This document shows, one piece after another, positions 10,480 through 19,038 of a stretch of 64,000 nt of DNA; positions within the stretch are counted from its first letter, which is position 1; the number at the start of each line of letters is the position of its first letter. The stretch comes from Candidatus Bathyarchaeum tardum (GTDB lineage: Archaea; Thermoproteota; Bathyarchaeia; Bathyarchaeales; Bathyarchaeaceae): positions 544,001 to 608,000 of the forward strand of contig CP122380.1 of NCBI GenBank assembly GCA_024650005.2, given 5' to 3'. The notes below the pieces were generated by a model. That model ran no database searches, was not told where the DNA came from, and saw only the letters and a program-made list of their open reading frames with translations. Made by a program: the position numbers and the translations under genes.

Positions 10480-11277
10480 CTGAAATCTAAAACTGGTTAT
10501 TCTGAAAATGGGCTTCCGTATTTTCGGTTAGGAGACTCTTCGCGTATACTTGTAGTGTTTGAAGGTTTGAGTTTTGAAAATAAGCCTCCTTCTGTTTTTC
10601 AGCTTCGTTGGGTTGCGGGGGACTTTAAAGAATTTGCTAAAGAGTATACTGTATATTCCGTTGGTCGTAAACCTAACCTTCCTCAGGGTTACACCACCCC
10701 TGACTTGGCAAAGGATTACGCTGAAATGATAAAAAACGAGTTAGATTATCCAGTAGACATTTTAGGCCTTTCAACGGGGGAACAATTGCCCAATATTTTG
10801 CTTTGAATTATCCTGATTTGGTTAGACGATTGGTTCTTGCTAGTACTGGTTATAGTTTAAGTGAATCTGGAAAACAGTTGCAGCTTTATGTAGGCGAAAT
10901 GGCTGGTCAATGGAAATGGAGAAAAGCCTTTCCTGCAATGCTGGATGGTTTGTATCCTGAGGGTGGATTAAAGAAACGGTTCTTTAAGGCGATGATGTGG
11001 GTTATGGCAACCTTTGGGGGCACCTAAAGATCCTTCCGATGTTGTGGTGACTATTGAAGCAGAAGACAAACACAACTTCAAGGAGTTCCTTTTCCAAATC
11101 AATATTCCCACTTTAGTTATCGGTGGGGTGGACGACTTTTTTTATCCAATAAAAGAAACAGCAGAAGAAATTCCAAACGCTGAATTAATCCTTTACGAAA
11201 ACTTTGGACACAACGCTTGGATGGATAATCGAAAAAAGTTCCAAAAGGATATCTTGGATTTTCTTAATGCTGATTAG
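10480..11277 (+). pseudogene. Alpha/beta hydrolase broken by two frameshifts in G5 runs (or assembly error)
   Basis: Three overlapping ORFs form one hydrolase: nucleophile elbow GLSTG, PTLVIGGVDD, GH. Shifts at ~10776-10780 and ~11016-11020. Probable CTG start at 10480. Confidence 0.75.
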
Positions 11278-11284
11278 ATAATCT

Positions 11285-11869
11285 CTAAGACAATAACAGT
11301 GTGAACAGGTTACTGTCTAGAAGTAGTAGTATTCCTTGGGTGATGCATATTATGCCTACGATGAAGGTTACGGGTCGTGAAGCTAATAGGGTTCCAAGGA
11401 GTTTGAGGACGTCTTCTATGAATTTGAAGACCATGTAAACGATTACTGCGGGAATCAAAAACAAGGCAACGTAAACCCATATGGATCCGATTCCCAGTAC
11501 GGTTTCTGGCAAAGAATATAAGAAGTACACTGCTCCGGTGACTAGTCCGCCTGCGAGTAGTCCAAGTAAGGCTGCCCATGGGAAGTCTTTAATGGGTTTT
11601 AGTATTAGAACCAGTCCTGCAATGATTAGGAGATATTGGGTGTACGTGTCTACGTTTGGGGCTTGAGATTGCCAAGCGGCTGCTCCTGTTATCATTAGGG
11701 CGATTCCGGCGAAAAACCCAAAAAATGCAACAATCCTGATTAGTATGCTTGTTGGGGTTCCTACAATTGGCACTGGTTTAACCACTTTTTGGATAAACCA
11801 CGACATAGCTATGATTCCACCCAAAATTAGAACATACTCAGCGTTGTTAACCAAAATGCCAAAATCCAT
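11285..11869 (-). CDS. Multi-pass membrane protein, unknown function
   Basis: About 6 hydrophobic helices. Confidence 0.8.
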   Translation of the reverse strand: MDFGILVNNAEYVLILGGIIAMSWFIQKVVKPVPIVGTPTSILIRIVAFFGFFAGIALMITGAAAWQSQAPNVDTYTQYLLIIAGLVLILKPIKDFPWAALLGLLAGGLVTGAVYFLYSLPETVLGIGSIWVYVALFLIPAVIVYMVFKFIEDVLKLLGTLLASRPVTFIVGIICITQGILLLLDSNLFTLLLS

Positions 11870-12032
11870 AACAGTTTGTCTCCCAAACGACTTGTCCTAT
11901 ACTTACCTAATATCAGAAACAACTTTTAACGCTTTCTTGAAACCAACAAAGAAAACAAATATGCAGTCTCTAGTTTTTCCATAAATACTAGTTTTCGGCA
12001 TGTAATTTTAGTTAACAAATTTGCTTTTGTTT

Positions 12033-12530
12033 TCACTTTTTTGCTCGTCTCTTTTGGAATGCTATTACTACGACCGCTACTGCTAGTAAAACGGCAAAAA
12101 TAATTCATGAAGAAAATTCTGGAATGTACCCTGTTGGTGTGTATCGCTTGTTTTGATTTGTTGCAGGCTGTAACTATCCTTGAGAGCCTCCGATTGTGTG
12201 TATTTGGTCGTTTACGTTAGATGCGGCCCTGAATGAGGGCGTTGGAATGTGTGTTCCGTTACTGTGTCGTTTTCTGGATTGTAAATTTGGGTTTTGTTTA
12301 TGGCCAATAAAAGTTAACAAATCCCCTATGATATAAACTGCTTTTGGTGCTAGATTCCCTGTTGTTGCACTTGCACCAGCTTGTTGAACTATATATAAGA
12401 TAGATGTGCCTTGATTTCATGTATCGGTTTTTGTGTCGTAAATTTGAGTTAAATCAAATAGATTGTCGCCATACGCTTTTGTTGTTCCTGAAATTACATA
12501 GATTTTTTCATCAATTACTTTTTGTTGCAG
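12033..12530 (-). pseudogene. Decayed Kelch-repeat surface protein with PEF-CTERM-like anchor
   Basis: Manual translation gives VIDEKIYVISG...TQIYDTKTDT*...ATTGNLAPKAVYIIG / TQIYNPEND / VNDQIHTIGG / YIPEFSS*IIFAVLLAVAVVVIAFQKRRAKK, with stops and frameshifts. Confidence 0.8.
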
Positions 12531-12624
12531 CCTCATTTGTGGTCTTCAAAAAAGGTTCCAGCTTTCAAACACGTAGGGTCTTGATTGCTTGTCAGTTAAC
12601 AAACATGTTTAGCTTTAACTGTGT

Positions 12625-13176
12625 TCAACGAAATTTCGTTTGGCGTTTGTAGATTTGATATCCAATGTATCCCCCAAGTAAAGCTTGACCTATTATTACT
12701 GGTAACAGGACTGAAACTACGCCGATGAAACTTTCAACTGCTTCTGGTGTGTAAAAAAGAATCTTTGTAACTGTGCTAAAAAACGGAATCATTAACCAGT
12801 ACGCTCCACTTGTTAGTACAGCCCACCACAACAATTTGTGACGATTTTTGAAAAACCCGTATATGCTATTCGCCAATAAATCTATCAAAAATGCAGTTGT
12901 CAAACTGCCTAGTCTGCTTATAGGGTCAAAGGCTGGTCCGCCTAAACGTGTGGGAATTGCAAGTAAAATGAATAATGCTAATTGCATGAATATTCTCCAT
13001 CTTCGACCTTCATATGTAAGCAACGAAAAAGTGATTGGAATCGCCAAAAGTATAGTGAACAAAAAATTTGTTCCAGGAATTCCAGTTATTATAGTTCCCA
13101 TCTGCGCGATTAAAGCTGTTATAACAAATTGTAAAACTGCCATAACAATAATTGTAGTCAAATCTCGGGTTTGCAT
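12625..13176 (-). CDS. Membrane protein, ECF transporter S-component-like
   Basis: MQTRDLTTIIVMAVL N-terminus, ~5-6 TM helices, C-terminal GGYIGYQIYKR. Confidence 0.6.
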   Translation of the reverse strand: MQTRDLTTIIVMAVLQFVITALIAQMGTIITGIPGTNFLFTILLAIPITFSLLTYEGRRWRIFMQLALFILLAIPTRLGGPAFDPISRLGSLTTAFLIDLLANSIYGFFKNRHKLLWWAVLTSGAYWLMIPFFSTVTKILFYTPEAVESFIGVVSVLLPVIIGQALLGGYIGYQIYKRQTKFR

Positions 13177-13368
13177 AATGAATTACCTTTCTTCCTCTGG
13201 GTGGCTGGCATTTTTTTTGCCATTGATATATTCAACAATTTTTATATAAAAACTTTTTACAATGGATTGAGAACCTAATAAAATTTTTAATTTGTAACCC
13301 TCTTTTATGAATAATTTACAAGCTGATTTGACAGCTTTTGAAAAATTAAGAATTTAAGTTTTTTGCTT

Positions 13369-13851
13369 TCATTCATCTTTGTCCAAAAGATTGGGATTGA
13401 AAAACCCAGTGGGTGCAGATTTCAGTATGTGGGGGTCGCTTGATGGCAAGTATTGCCTGGCTTCGATTTGCAAAACTCCATTAATTTTTTTGAGTTCTCT
13501 TCCGATTTCAAACATGTGTTTAAAATCTTTAACCGCTGCAATTACTAAAAGGTCATAGTCCCCTACAGATTTTACTACCCTGATCACGTCTTTTATTTTA
13601 ATTATTTCTTCAACTGTCGTTGAAGTGTTAATCTGGTGCATTAACGAAATCATGTACCAAACACGAACGCCGTAACCCAGCTTGAAAATATCAACGTTTA
13701 TTACCGGTTTTATTGCACCCATTTCTTTGAGTTTGTTGTATCTCCTAATTATTGTATCTGTGGAGACTCCAAGTTCACTTGAAATTGTGCTAAAAGGTAT
13801 TCTAGAATTTTTAATTAAAATCTTTATTATGTCAAAATCTAGCTGATCCAA
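13369..13851 (-). CDS. Lrp/AsnC family transcriptional regulator
   Basis: MDQLDFDIIKILIKNSRIPFSTIS HTH; GDYDLL. Confidence 0.9.
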   Translation of the reverse strand: MDQLDFDIIKILIKNSRIPFSTISSELGVSTDTIIRRYNKLKEMGAIKPVINVDIFKLGYGVRVWYMISLMHQINTSTTVEEIIKIKDVIRVVKSVGDYDLLVIAAVKDFKHMFEIGRELKKINGVLQIEARQYLPSSDPHILKSAPTGFFNPNLLDKDE

Positions 13852-13870
13852 CTAATACACCCTGCATACA

Positions 13871-14335
13871 TTACCCTAATTTTGACAAATTTTCCGGAAA
13901 TAGCTCTATTTGTGTCCAGAGGTTGGCTTTCAAACTAATTACTGTTGGATGATTTTTGATTTGTTGTTTTCGGGCTTCAATTTCATCCATGCTTTTAACT
14001 GGCATTAACACATGCACATTGTAATTTTCATTAAGTTCAACGTGATAAGTTGTTACGCCCCGTATTTGTTTGACATAATCCATGAATTTTTTTTCTTCGT
14101 TAAACTTCACATTTACGTATAGGCTTAAATGGCCTTGGTATCCTAATTTTTTTGCATTCACAATAACGGTTGCATTCTTAATTATGCCTGATTTTTTCAG
14201 TCTATTGTAACGTTTTTTGATGTTAGATGTTGACACGTTACATTTTTTTGCAATTTCTGTAAACTTTTTACGTGAATCCTTTAGCAACTCAACTAATATT
14301 TCTTTATCAATTTTGTCAAGTTGGTTTTGTATTAG
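13871..14335 (-). CDS. Lrp/AsnC family transcriptional regulator (start uncertain, probably non-canonical)
   Basis: HTH. Frame continues upstream of the TTG at 14287 as LIQNQLDKIDKEILVELLKDSR with no in-frame ATG; GAGGAG SD just upstream. Confidence 0.8.
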   Translation of the reverse strand, partial: LIQNQLDKIDKEILVELLKDSRKKFTEIAKKCNVSTSNIKKRYNRLKKSGIIKNATVIVNAKKLGYQGHLSLYVNVKFNEEKKFMDYVKQIRGVTTYHVELNENYNVHVLMPVKSMDEIEARKQQIKNHPTVISLKANLWTQIELFPENLSKLG

Positions 14336-14554
14336 TTTGACTCTCCTCAGACATTTGTTTGCATATGTGTCATGAATAACTTGTTTTTATATTATTTGTA
14401 TCTCTCTAACCATGATTTTTTTTATGATTATTTCGATATTTATCGTAATTTATGTCTATTTTATATGTTATTAGTGTTGTTTATCGTATTTTTTTTGTTT
14501 TTACCAAAAGTCTTATAAACATTTTTGAGCTAAATCGGTCAGGAAGGTGTTATA

Positions 14555-17083
14555 TTGAAAAATATGAAAAAACCAAATAAAATACAACTATCAGCTATCG
14601 CTTTAACTCTAATATTTACGATTTCTACCCTTGCAATATTGCCCTCTGCATTTGCTCAAGCTCCTGGTTACAAAGAAACTTTCGCATTTATTGGGGGAAT
14701 TCCTAACCCTGTAGGCGTTAATCAACAAGTACTGCTACATATTGGTGTACCTACCCCAATAGCCCATCCCCAACCCGGATGGTATGACTTGACTGTCGAA
14801 GTAACTGATCCAAGCGGCAACACAGAAATTTTAGGTCCTTTTGATACAGACACAACAGGTGGAACGGGAGTAGTATTTACTCCAACTCAAGTTGGAACAT
14901 ATACTTTGCGAACCCATTTCCCTGAACAGGCAACTGAAGTCGACTATAACCGTATTGGTCCTGCTGGAACAATAATGCGCGAAAGCTATAGCGAACCCAT
15001 GGAATTAATTGTCCAATCCGAACCAACTCAACACTATCAAGGTCAACCCTTGCCGACTGAATATTGGTCTCGTCCAATCGACGCCCAACTTTGGTCATGG
15101 GCATCAGTTGGAGGACAATGGTTACACACAACTAACAGGGCACAAAACTTCAACGACCGAATAAAAGACGATAACGCCATGCCAATGGCTCCTCACATTC
15201 TCTGGGCTAAACCCCAAGAATTTGGTGGCCTCATTGGAGGCTCTGGCGAACTAGGAGTCCACAGCTACGACCACGGAGATGCATATGAAGGAAAATGGTC
15301 ACCGCCCGTGATCATCAATGGTGTACTTTACTACAACCAATTCAATGCCAACGGCGGAACAAATGTTGAACAAGAAGTAGTTGCAGTAGACCTTCACACC
15401 GGTGAAGAAGTCTGGCGCCGACCTCTTGTAGATTCAACAGGAGCTGTCCACCGTCTCGCATTTGGTCAAATATTCTATTGGTCCTCATACAACATGCACG
15501 GAGCATTCCCATACCTATGGGCAACACAAGGCAGCACATGGCACGCATTTGATGCAGCCACAGGCCGCTGGGTGTATTCAATGGAAAATGTTCCTTCTGG
15601 CGCTAACCTTTATGGTCCAAGAGGCGAAATCTACCGATACAGCATCAACCTGAATTCTGCAACGATGAGTCTTTGGAACTCCAGCAGAGTTGTTTCAAGT
15701 GACGGCAGCTGGCTACGCGGAAACCAAGGAACAGTCTTTGATGCAAGAAACGGAATTGAATGGACTAACGACATTCCAACCGGTTTAGGCGGCGCAGTTC
15801 ACCACGTTCGATATGGCGAAATTGCTGTCGGTGCACTGGACCAGCGCTCTGCAGTAGCACGCAACCCTACTCGTTTCTGGGCTTTCAGTCTAGAACCTGG
15901 AAATGAAGGAGACCTAATCTTCAATGTAGAATGGGATCTCCCCCGAGAAAACGTAACCACTCATTTGACTCAAATAAGTGTTGAAGAAGACATTTTCGTA
16001 GTTTACTTGCGAGAAACACGAGAATTCTATGGTTTTAGCCTAAGCACAGGCGCAGAACTATGGGGTCCAACTCCAAGACAAAGCTACCTAGACAGCTATG
16101 GATTCGCTTCAATGAACGACTGGGAATTCATCTATGACGGCAAACTAATCTCCGGAAACGTCGGAGGAATCGTTTACTGTTATGATGTCCAAACAGGTAA
16201 CCCACTGTGGACTTTTGAAAACGATGATCCTTACTCAGAAATTCTATGGAGTAACAACTGGCCTATTCGTAAAGCCTTCATCTCTAATGGCATACTGGTA
16301 ATCAGCCACGATGAACACTCCCCAATTGATCCTCTGCCACGGGGTGCACCAACTGTTGCTGTTGACCTAGAGACAGGTGAACAAGTCTGGTCGGTAAACA
16401 TTCGTGGAACACAATGGGGTGGAACTCCAGTTATTGGAGACAGCATAATCGCAGCATACAACACATACGACAACAGAATCTACGCAATCGGCAAAGGACC
16501 ATCTGCAGTAAGCATTGAAGCACCCTTGACCGGTGTAACACCTGGATCATATGTGGTAGTTCGCGGTATGCTAACTGACATATCTCCAGGAACAGATGAC
16601 TACCGGATAGCTGCACGATTCCCTAATGGTGTACCTGTGGTGTCTGATGCAGATATGAGCGAATGGATGCAATACGTGTACATGCAATTTGAACAACCAG
16701 CTGACGTAAATGGTGTTCCAGTGAAAATTGAAATCGTTGACCCTAATGGTCATTACGAATGGATTGGAACTGCAACAACTGATGTTTACGGCAACTACGG
16801 TTATTCATTTAGGCCCCAAGTTGAAGGTCAATACATGATTATAGCCACTTTCGAAGGCTCCGCTTCATACTTCGGCTCAACGTCAACAACATACTTCACT
16901 GTAGATCCAGCTCCTACACCTGCTGCACCTATTGAACCTGAAGAACCTGAAACCCCTGTAGCACCTATTGAACCAACCCAACCAGAAGCACCATTGATCA
17001 CCACTGAAATTGCAATCATCATAGCAGTTGCCGTTGTCGCAGTAATCGGCGTAGCCGCATACTGGATGCTAAAACGCAAATAA
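14555..17083 (+). CDS. Secreted PQQ-like beta-propeller repeat protein with Ig-like domains and C-terminal TM anchor
   Basis: Signal peptide (SAFA/Q), repeated AVDLHTGEEVW / DVQTGNPLW / DLETGEQVW, Pro/Glu linker, TM followed by KRK. Confidence 0.9.
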   Translation: MKNMKKPNKIQLSAIALTLIFTISTLAILPSAFAQAPGYKETFAFIGGIPNPVGVNQQVLLHIGVPTPIAHPQPGWYDLTVEVTDPSGNTEILGPFDTDTTGGTGVVFTPTQVGTYTLRTHFPEQATEVDYNRIGPAGTIMRESYSEPMELIVQSEPTQHYQGQPLPTEYWSRPIDAQLWSWASVGGQWLHTTNRAQNFNDRIKDDNAMPMAPHILWAKPQEFGGLIGGSGELGVHSYDHGDAYEGKWSPPVIINGVLYYNQFNANGGTNVEQEVVAVDLHTGEEVWRRPLVDSTGAVHRLAFGQIFYWSSYNMHGAFPYLWATQGSTWHAFDAATGRWVYSMENVPSGANLYGPRGEIYRYSINLNSATMSLWNSSRVVSSDGSWLRGNQGTVFDARNGIEWTNDIPTGLGGAVHHVRYGEIAVGALDQRSAVARNPTRFWAFSLEPGNEGDLIFNVEWDLPRENVTTHLTQISVEEDIFVVYLRETREFYGFSLSTGAELWGPTPRQSYLDSYGFASMNDWEFIYDGKLISGNVGGIVYCYDVQTGNPLWTFENDDPYSEILWSNNWPIRKAFISNGILVISHDEHSPIDPLPRGAPTVAVDLETGEQVWSVNIRGTQWGGTPVIGDSIIAAYNTYDNRIYAIGKGPSAVSIEAPLTGVTPGSYVVVRGMLTDISPGTDDYRIAARFPNGVPVVSDADMSEWMQYVYMQFEQPADVNGVPVKIEIVDPNGHYEWIGTATTDVYGNYGYSFRPQVEGQYMIIATFEGSASYFGSTSTTYFTVDPAPTPAAPIEPEEPETPVAPIEPTQPEAPLITTEIAIIIAVAVVAVIGVAAYWMLKRK

Positions 17084-17110
17084 ACCAAACATCCCCTCCC
17101 TCTTTTTTTG

Positions 17111-17264
17111 GGAAAATCCATTGGAAGAAACGGGGCTGAAAAGGCTCAAGCACTAAAATGAAAAATAATCAAACCAATGATAGTAGATTGTTTTTTCATT
17201 TTTTCACCTTTAAAGCTTGTGCTAAAAGCCTCAGCAAACCCTTTCTTCTAAAGGTGGATTGTCT
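17111..17264. repeat. 154-nt imperfect inverted repeat (rod-like hairpin); MITE-like or ncRNA
   Basis: Successive pairings AATCCA/TGGATT, TTGGAAGAAA/TTTCTTCTAA, GCTGA/TCAGC, AGCAC/GTGCT, AAAATGAAAAA/TTTTTCATTTT. Confidence 0.6.
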
Positions 17265-17431
17265 TTAGAAATCTTTTTTATATTTTTTTAAAATTTACCG
17301 ACATATTTGATCCTTTATTATTAATTCAAAACGTGATCTTGTGACTTTAATGATTATATCATGTAACGATGTCGTAAATCAACTATTTTCATGCGAACTA
17401 GCTATAAGCCAAGATGCATGTTTAGCTTAAA

Positions 17432-17629
17432 ATGCAGCCTAATCAACAAAGAATCCAAATCAAGCTTGGAATGCGAGTGAACATAGTTTTAAAACAACAC
17501 CAACGGACTGGTAGATTAACCGAAGGTGTCGTTAAGGACATTCTTACGAACAGTTCAACTCATCCCCACGGAATCAAAGTCCGACTTACTGACGGTAAAG
17601 TTGGCAGAGTACAATCGATCCTCAAATAG
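17432..17629 (+). CDS. YwbE family protein
   Basis: GVVKDILTNSSTHPHGIKVRLTDGKVGRVQ. Confidence 0.9.
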   Translation: MQPNQQRIQIKLGMRVNIVLKQHQRTGRLTEGVVKDILTNSSTHPHGIKVRLTDGKVGRVQSILK

Positions 17630-17662
17630 GTTGCTTTGTTTTTCTTGTTTAATCTGAAAAGT

Positions 17663-17974
17663 GGCGGGTCGCCTTGGTTCGACGTCTAGTTTTCGGCAGT
17701 TTCCTTGATCTCTAAACTCTTACCCGCTGTCCCTTAAGCGCTGAACGTCCAAGCTTAGGTTGCTCCCTCCCGGGCCTGGCCAGGTTCGCCTGATGGACAC
17801 GGTTAACAGCCTTCCTACGAAGACCGCTCCATGACCGCCAGCCTAAAGGGACGGATAGTCACTGTTAGTGGACCAAGGATGCCTGACGATCTTTTACGCC
17901 TCGCCAAAGCATTCAGCCCGTCGTGTAGAGGGTTTACGGTTCAGAGGACCCCTAGCCCCCCGCCTAGACCCGCC
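17663..17974 (-). ncRNA. ffs: Archaeal signal recognition particle (7S) RNA
   Basis: ~312 nt GC-rich; complementary ends GGCGGGTC/GACCCGCC; helix-8 motif CCAGGCCCGGGAGGGAGCAACC. Confidence 0.93.
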
Positions 17975-18223
17975 AACAAAAACAGACATCATAGCCGCTT
18001 TAAAAGTTTGTCACAAAAACAAGTAGCAACTGTAAACAGTTTCTTTAACGGTTAAACACTGTAGTTGTATTTATTTTTTATATTTTTATATTAAATGTAT
18101 TATTACTATCTTTAATTAGTTTTTTCATGTAATTTTTTTAAAATTTTCATTCATATTTTTAGCTCCAAATTTGTTGTTCACATATTTTATATCCTTTTTT
18201 CGATTTAACAGTGCTAATAATGG

Positions 18224-18694
18224 GTGTGTGGGCAATTGGTGAACGGGAAACGAATACTGTTAATTGACGATGACGAAAACATAACGGAAACTTTAGTGTT
18301 AGCTCTTGAAGCTGAAGGCTTTACTGTAGATTCTGCAAAAACTGGAAAAGATGCTATCGTGAAATCTTTTGAAAACTTTTATAATTTGGCTGTTGTTGAT
18401 TGGCGCTTGCCCGATATTGAAGGAACCAACCTTCTGGGTGAACTAAAACAGACCACCCCTAAGATGGCAAAAATAATGCTTACAGGTTTTCCTTCTATGG
18501 ATAATGCTATTGATGCGGTAAACAGTAAGGCTGATGCGTTTCTTGTTAAACCAGTACATTTTGAAAAATTGTTAGAGACCATTAACAATCTTTTAGAACA
18601 ACAAGAAACTGATGGCAATTACAGTGAAGAAAAAATGACCAACTTCATTGAAACCCGCGTAAAAATGTTAACTCGGAAAGATCTGAAAATGTAA
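18224..18694 (+). CDS. Response regulator receiver protein
   Basis: ILLIDDD, VVDWRLPDIEG, MLTG, FLVKP. Confidence 0.92.
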   Translation: MCGQLVNGKRILLIDDDENITETLVLALEAEGFTVDSAKTGKDAIVKSFENFYNLAVVDWRLPDIEGTNLLGELKQTTPKMAKIMLTGFPSMDNAIDAVNSKADAFLVKPVHFEKLLETINNLLEQQETDGNYSEEKMTNFIETRVKMLTRKDLKM

Positions 18695-18695
18695 G

Positions 18696-19031
18696 TTGTG
18701 GGTGGTTGTCTTGTCACAACCTTTTATTAATAAAATTATTCTGGACGTAATTGAGAAAGGTCTAGATGCATTAGGGAGCAGTCCAAAACAAGCAATTTGG
18801 TCTTTTTTGGAAAATGATTATAATATTGAAAAAGATGAACTGCCAAGAAACATCAAGGATTTTCAGGACGGTTTGCAAAAAATCTTTGGGCTTGGTTACA
18901 ACTTTTTGGATGCCCTTTTTTGTGATTATCTTCAACAGGCAACCGGGAAACAGTTTGCTAAAAATCAGAATTTTGTTGAATGTGTTGAATCCCTGTCTGG
19001 GGAAGTATTGAATTTAACTGAAGAAGTATGA
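18696..19031 (+). CDS. Small signalling-associated helical protein (DUF3227-like)
   Basis: Co-transcribed between the receiver and kinase genes; I..GL..LG...I...L pattern; similar to 55835-56227. Confidence 0.55.
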   Translation: MWVVVLSQPFINKIILDVIEKGLDALGSSPKQAIWSFLENDYNIEKDELPRNIKDFQDGLQKIFGLGYNFLDALFCDYLQQATGKQFAKNQNFVECVESLSGEVLNLTEEV

Positions 19032-19038
19032 ACAAGTA

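Noticed and set aside
12105-12420. TGA at Trp positions suggesting UGA=Trp recoding
   Set aside because: The same remnant has frameshifts, and intact genes in the window use TGG for Trp and TGA as stop.
17831-18055. 74-aa ORF
   Set aside because: Antisense to the SRP RNA gene; no protein features.
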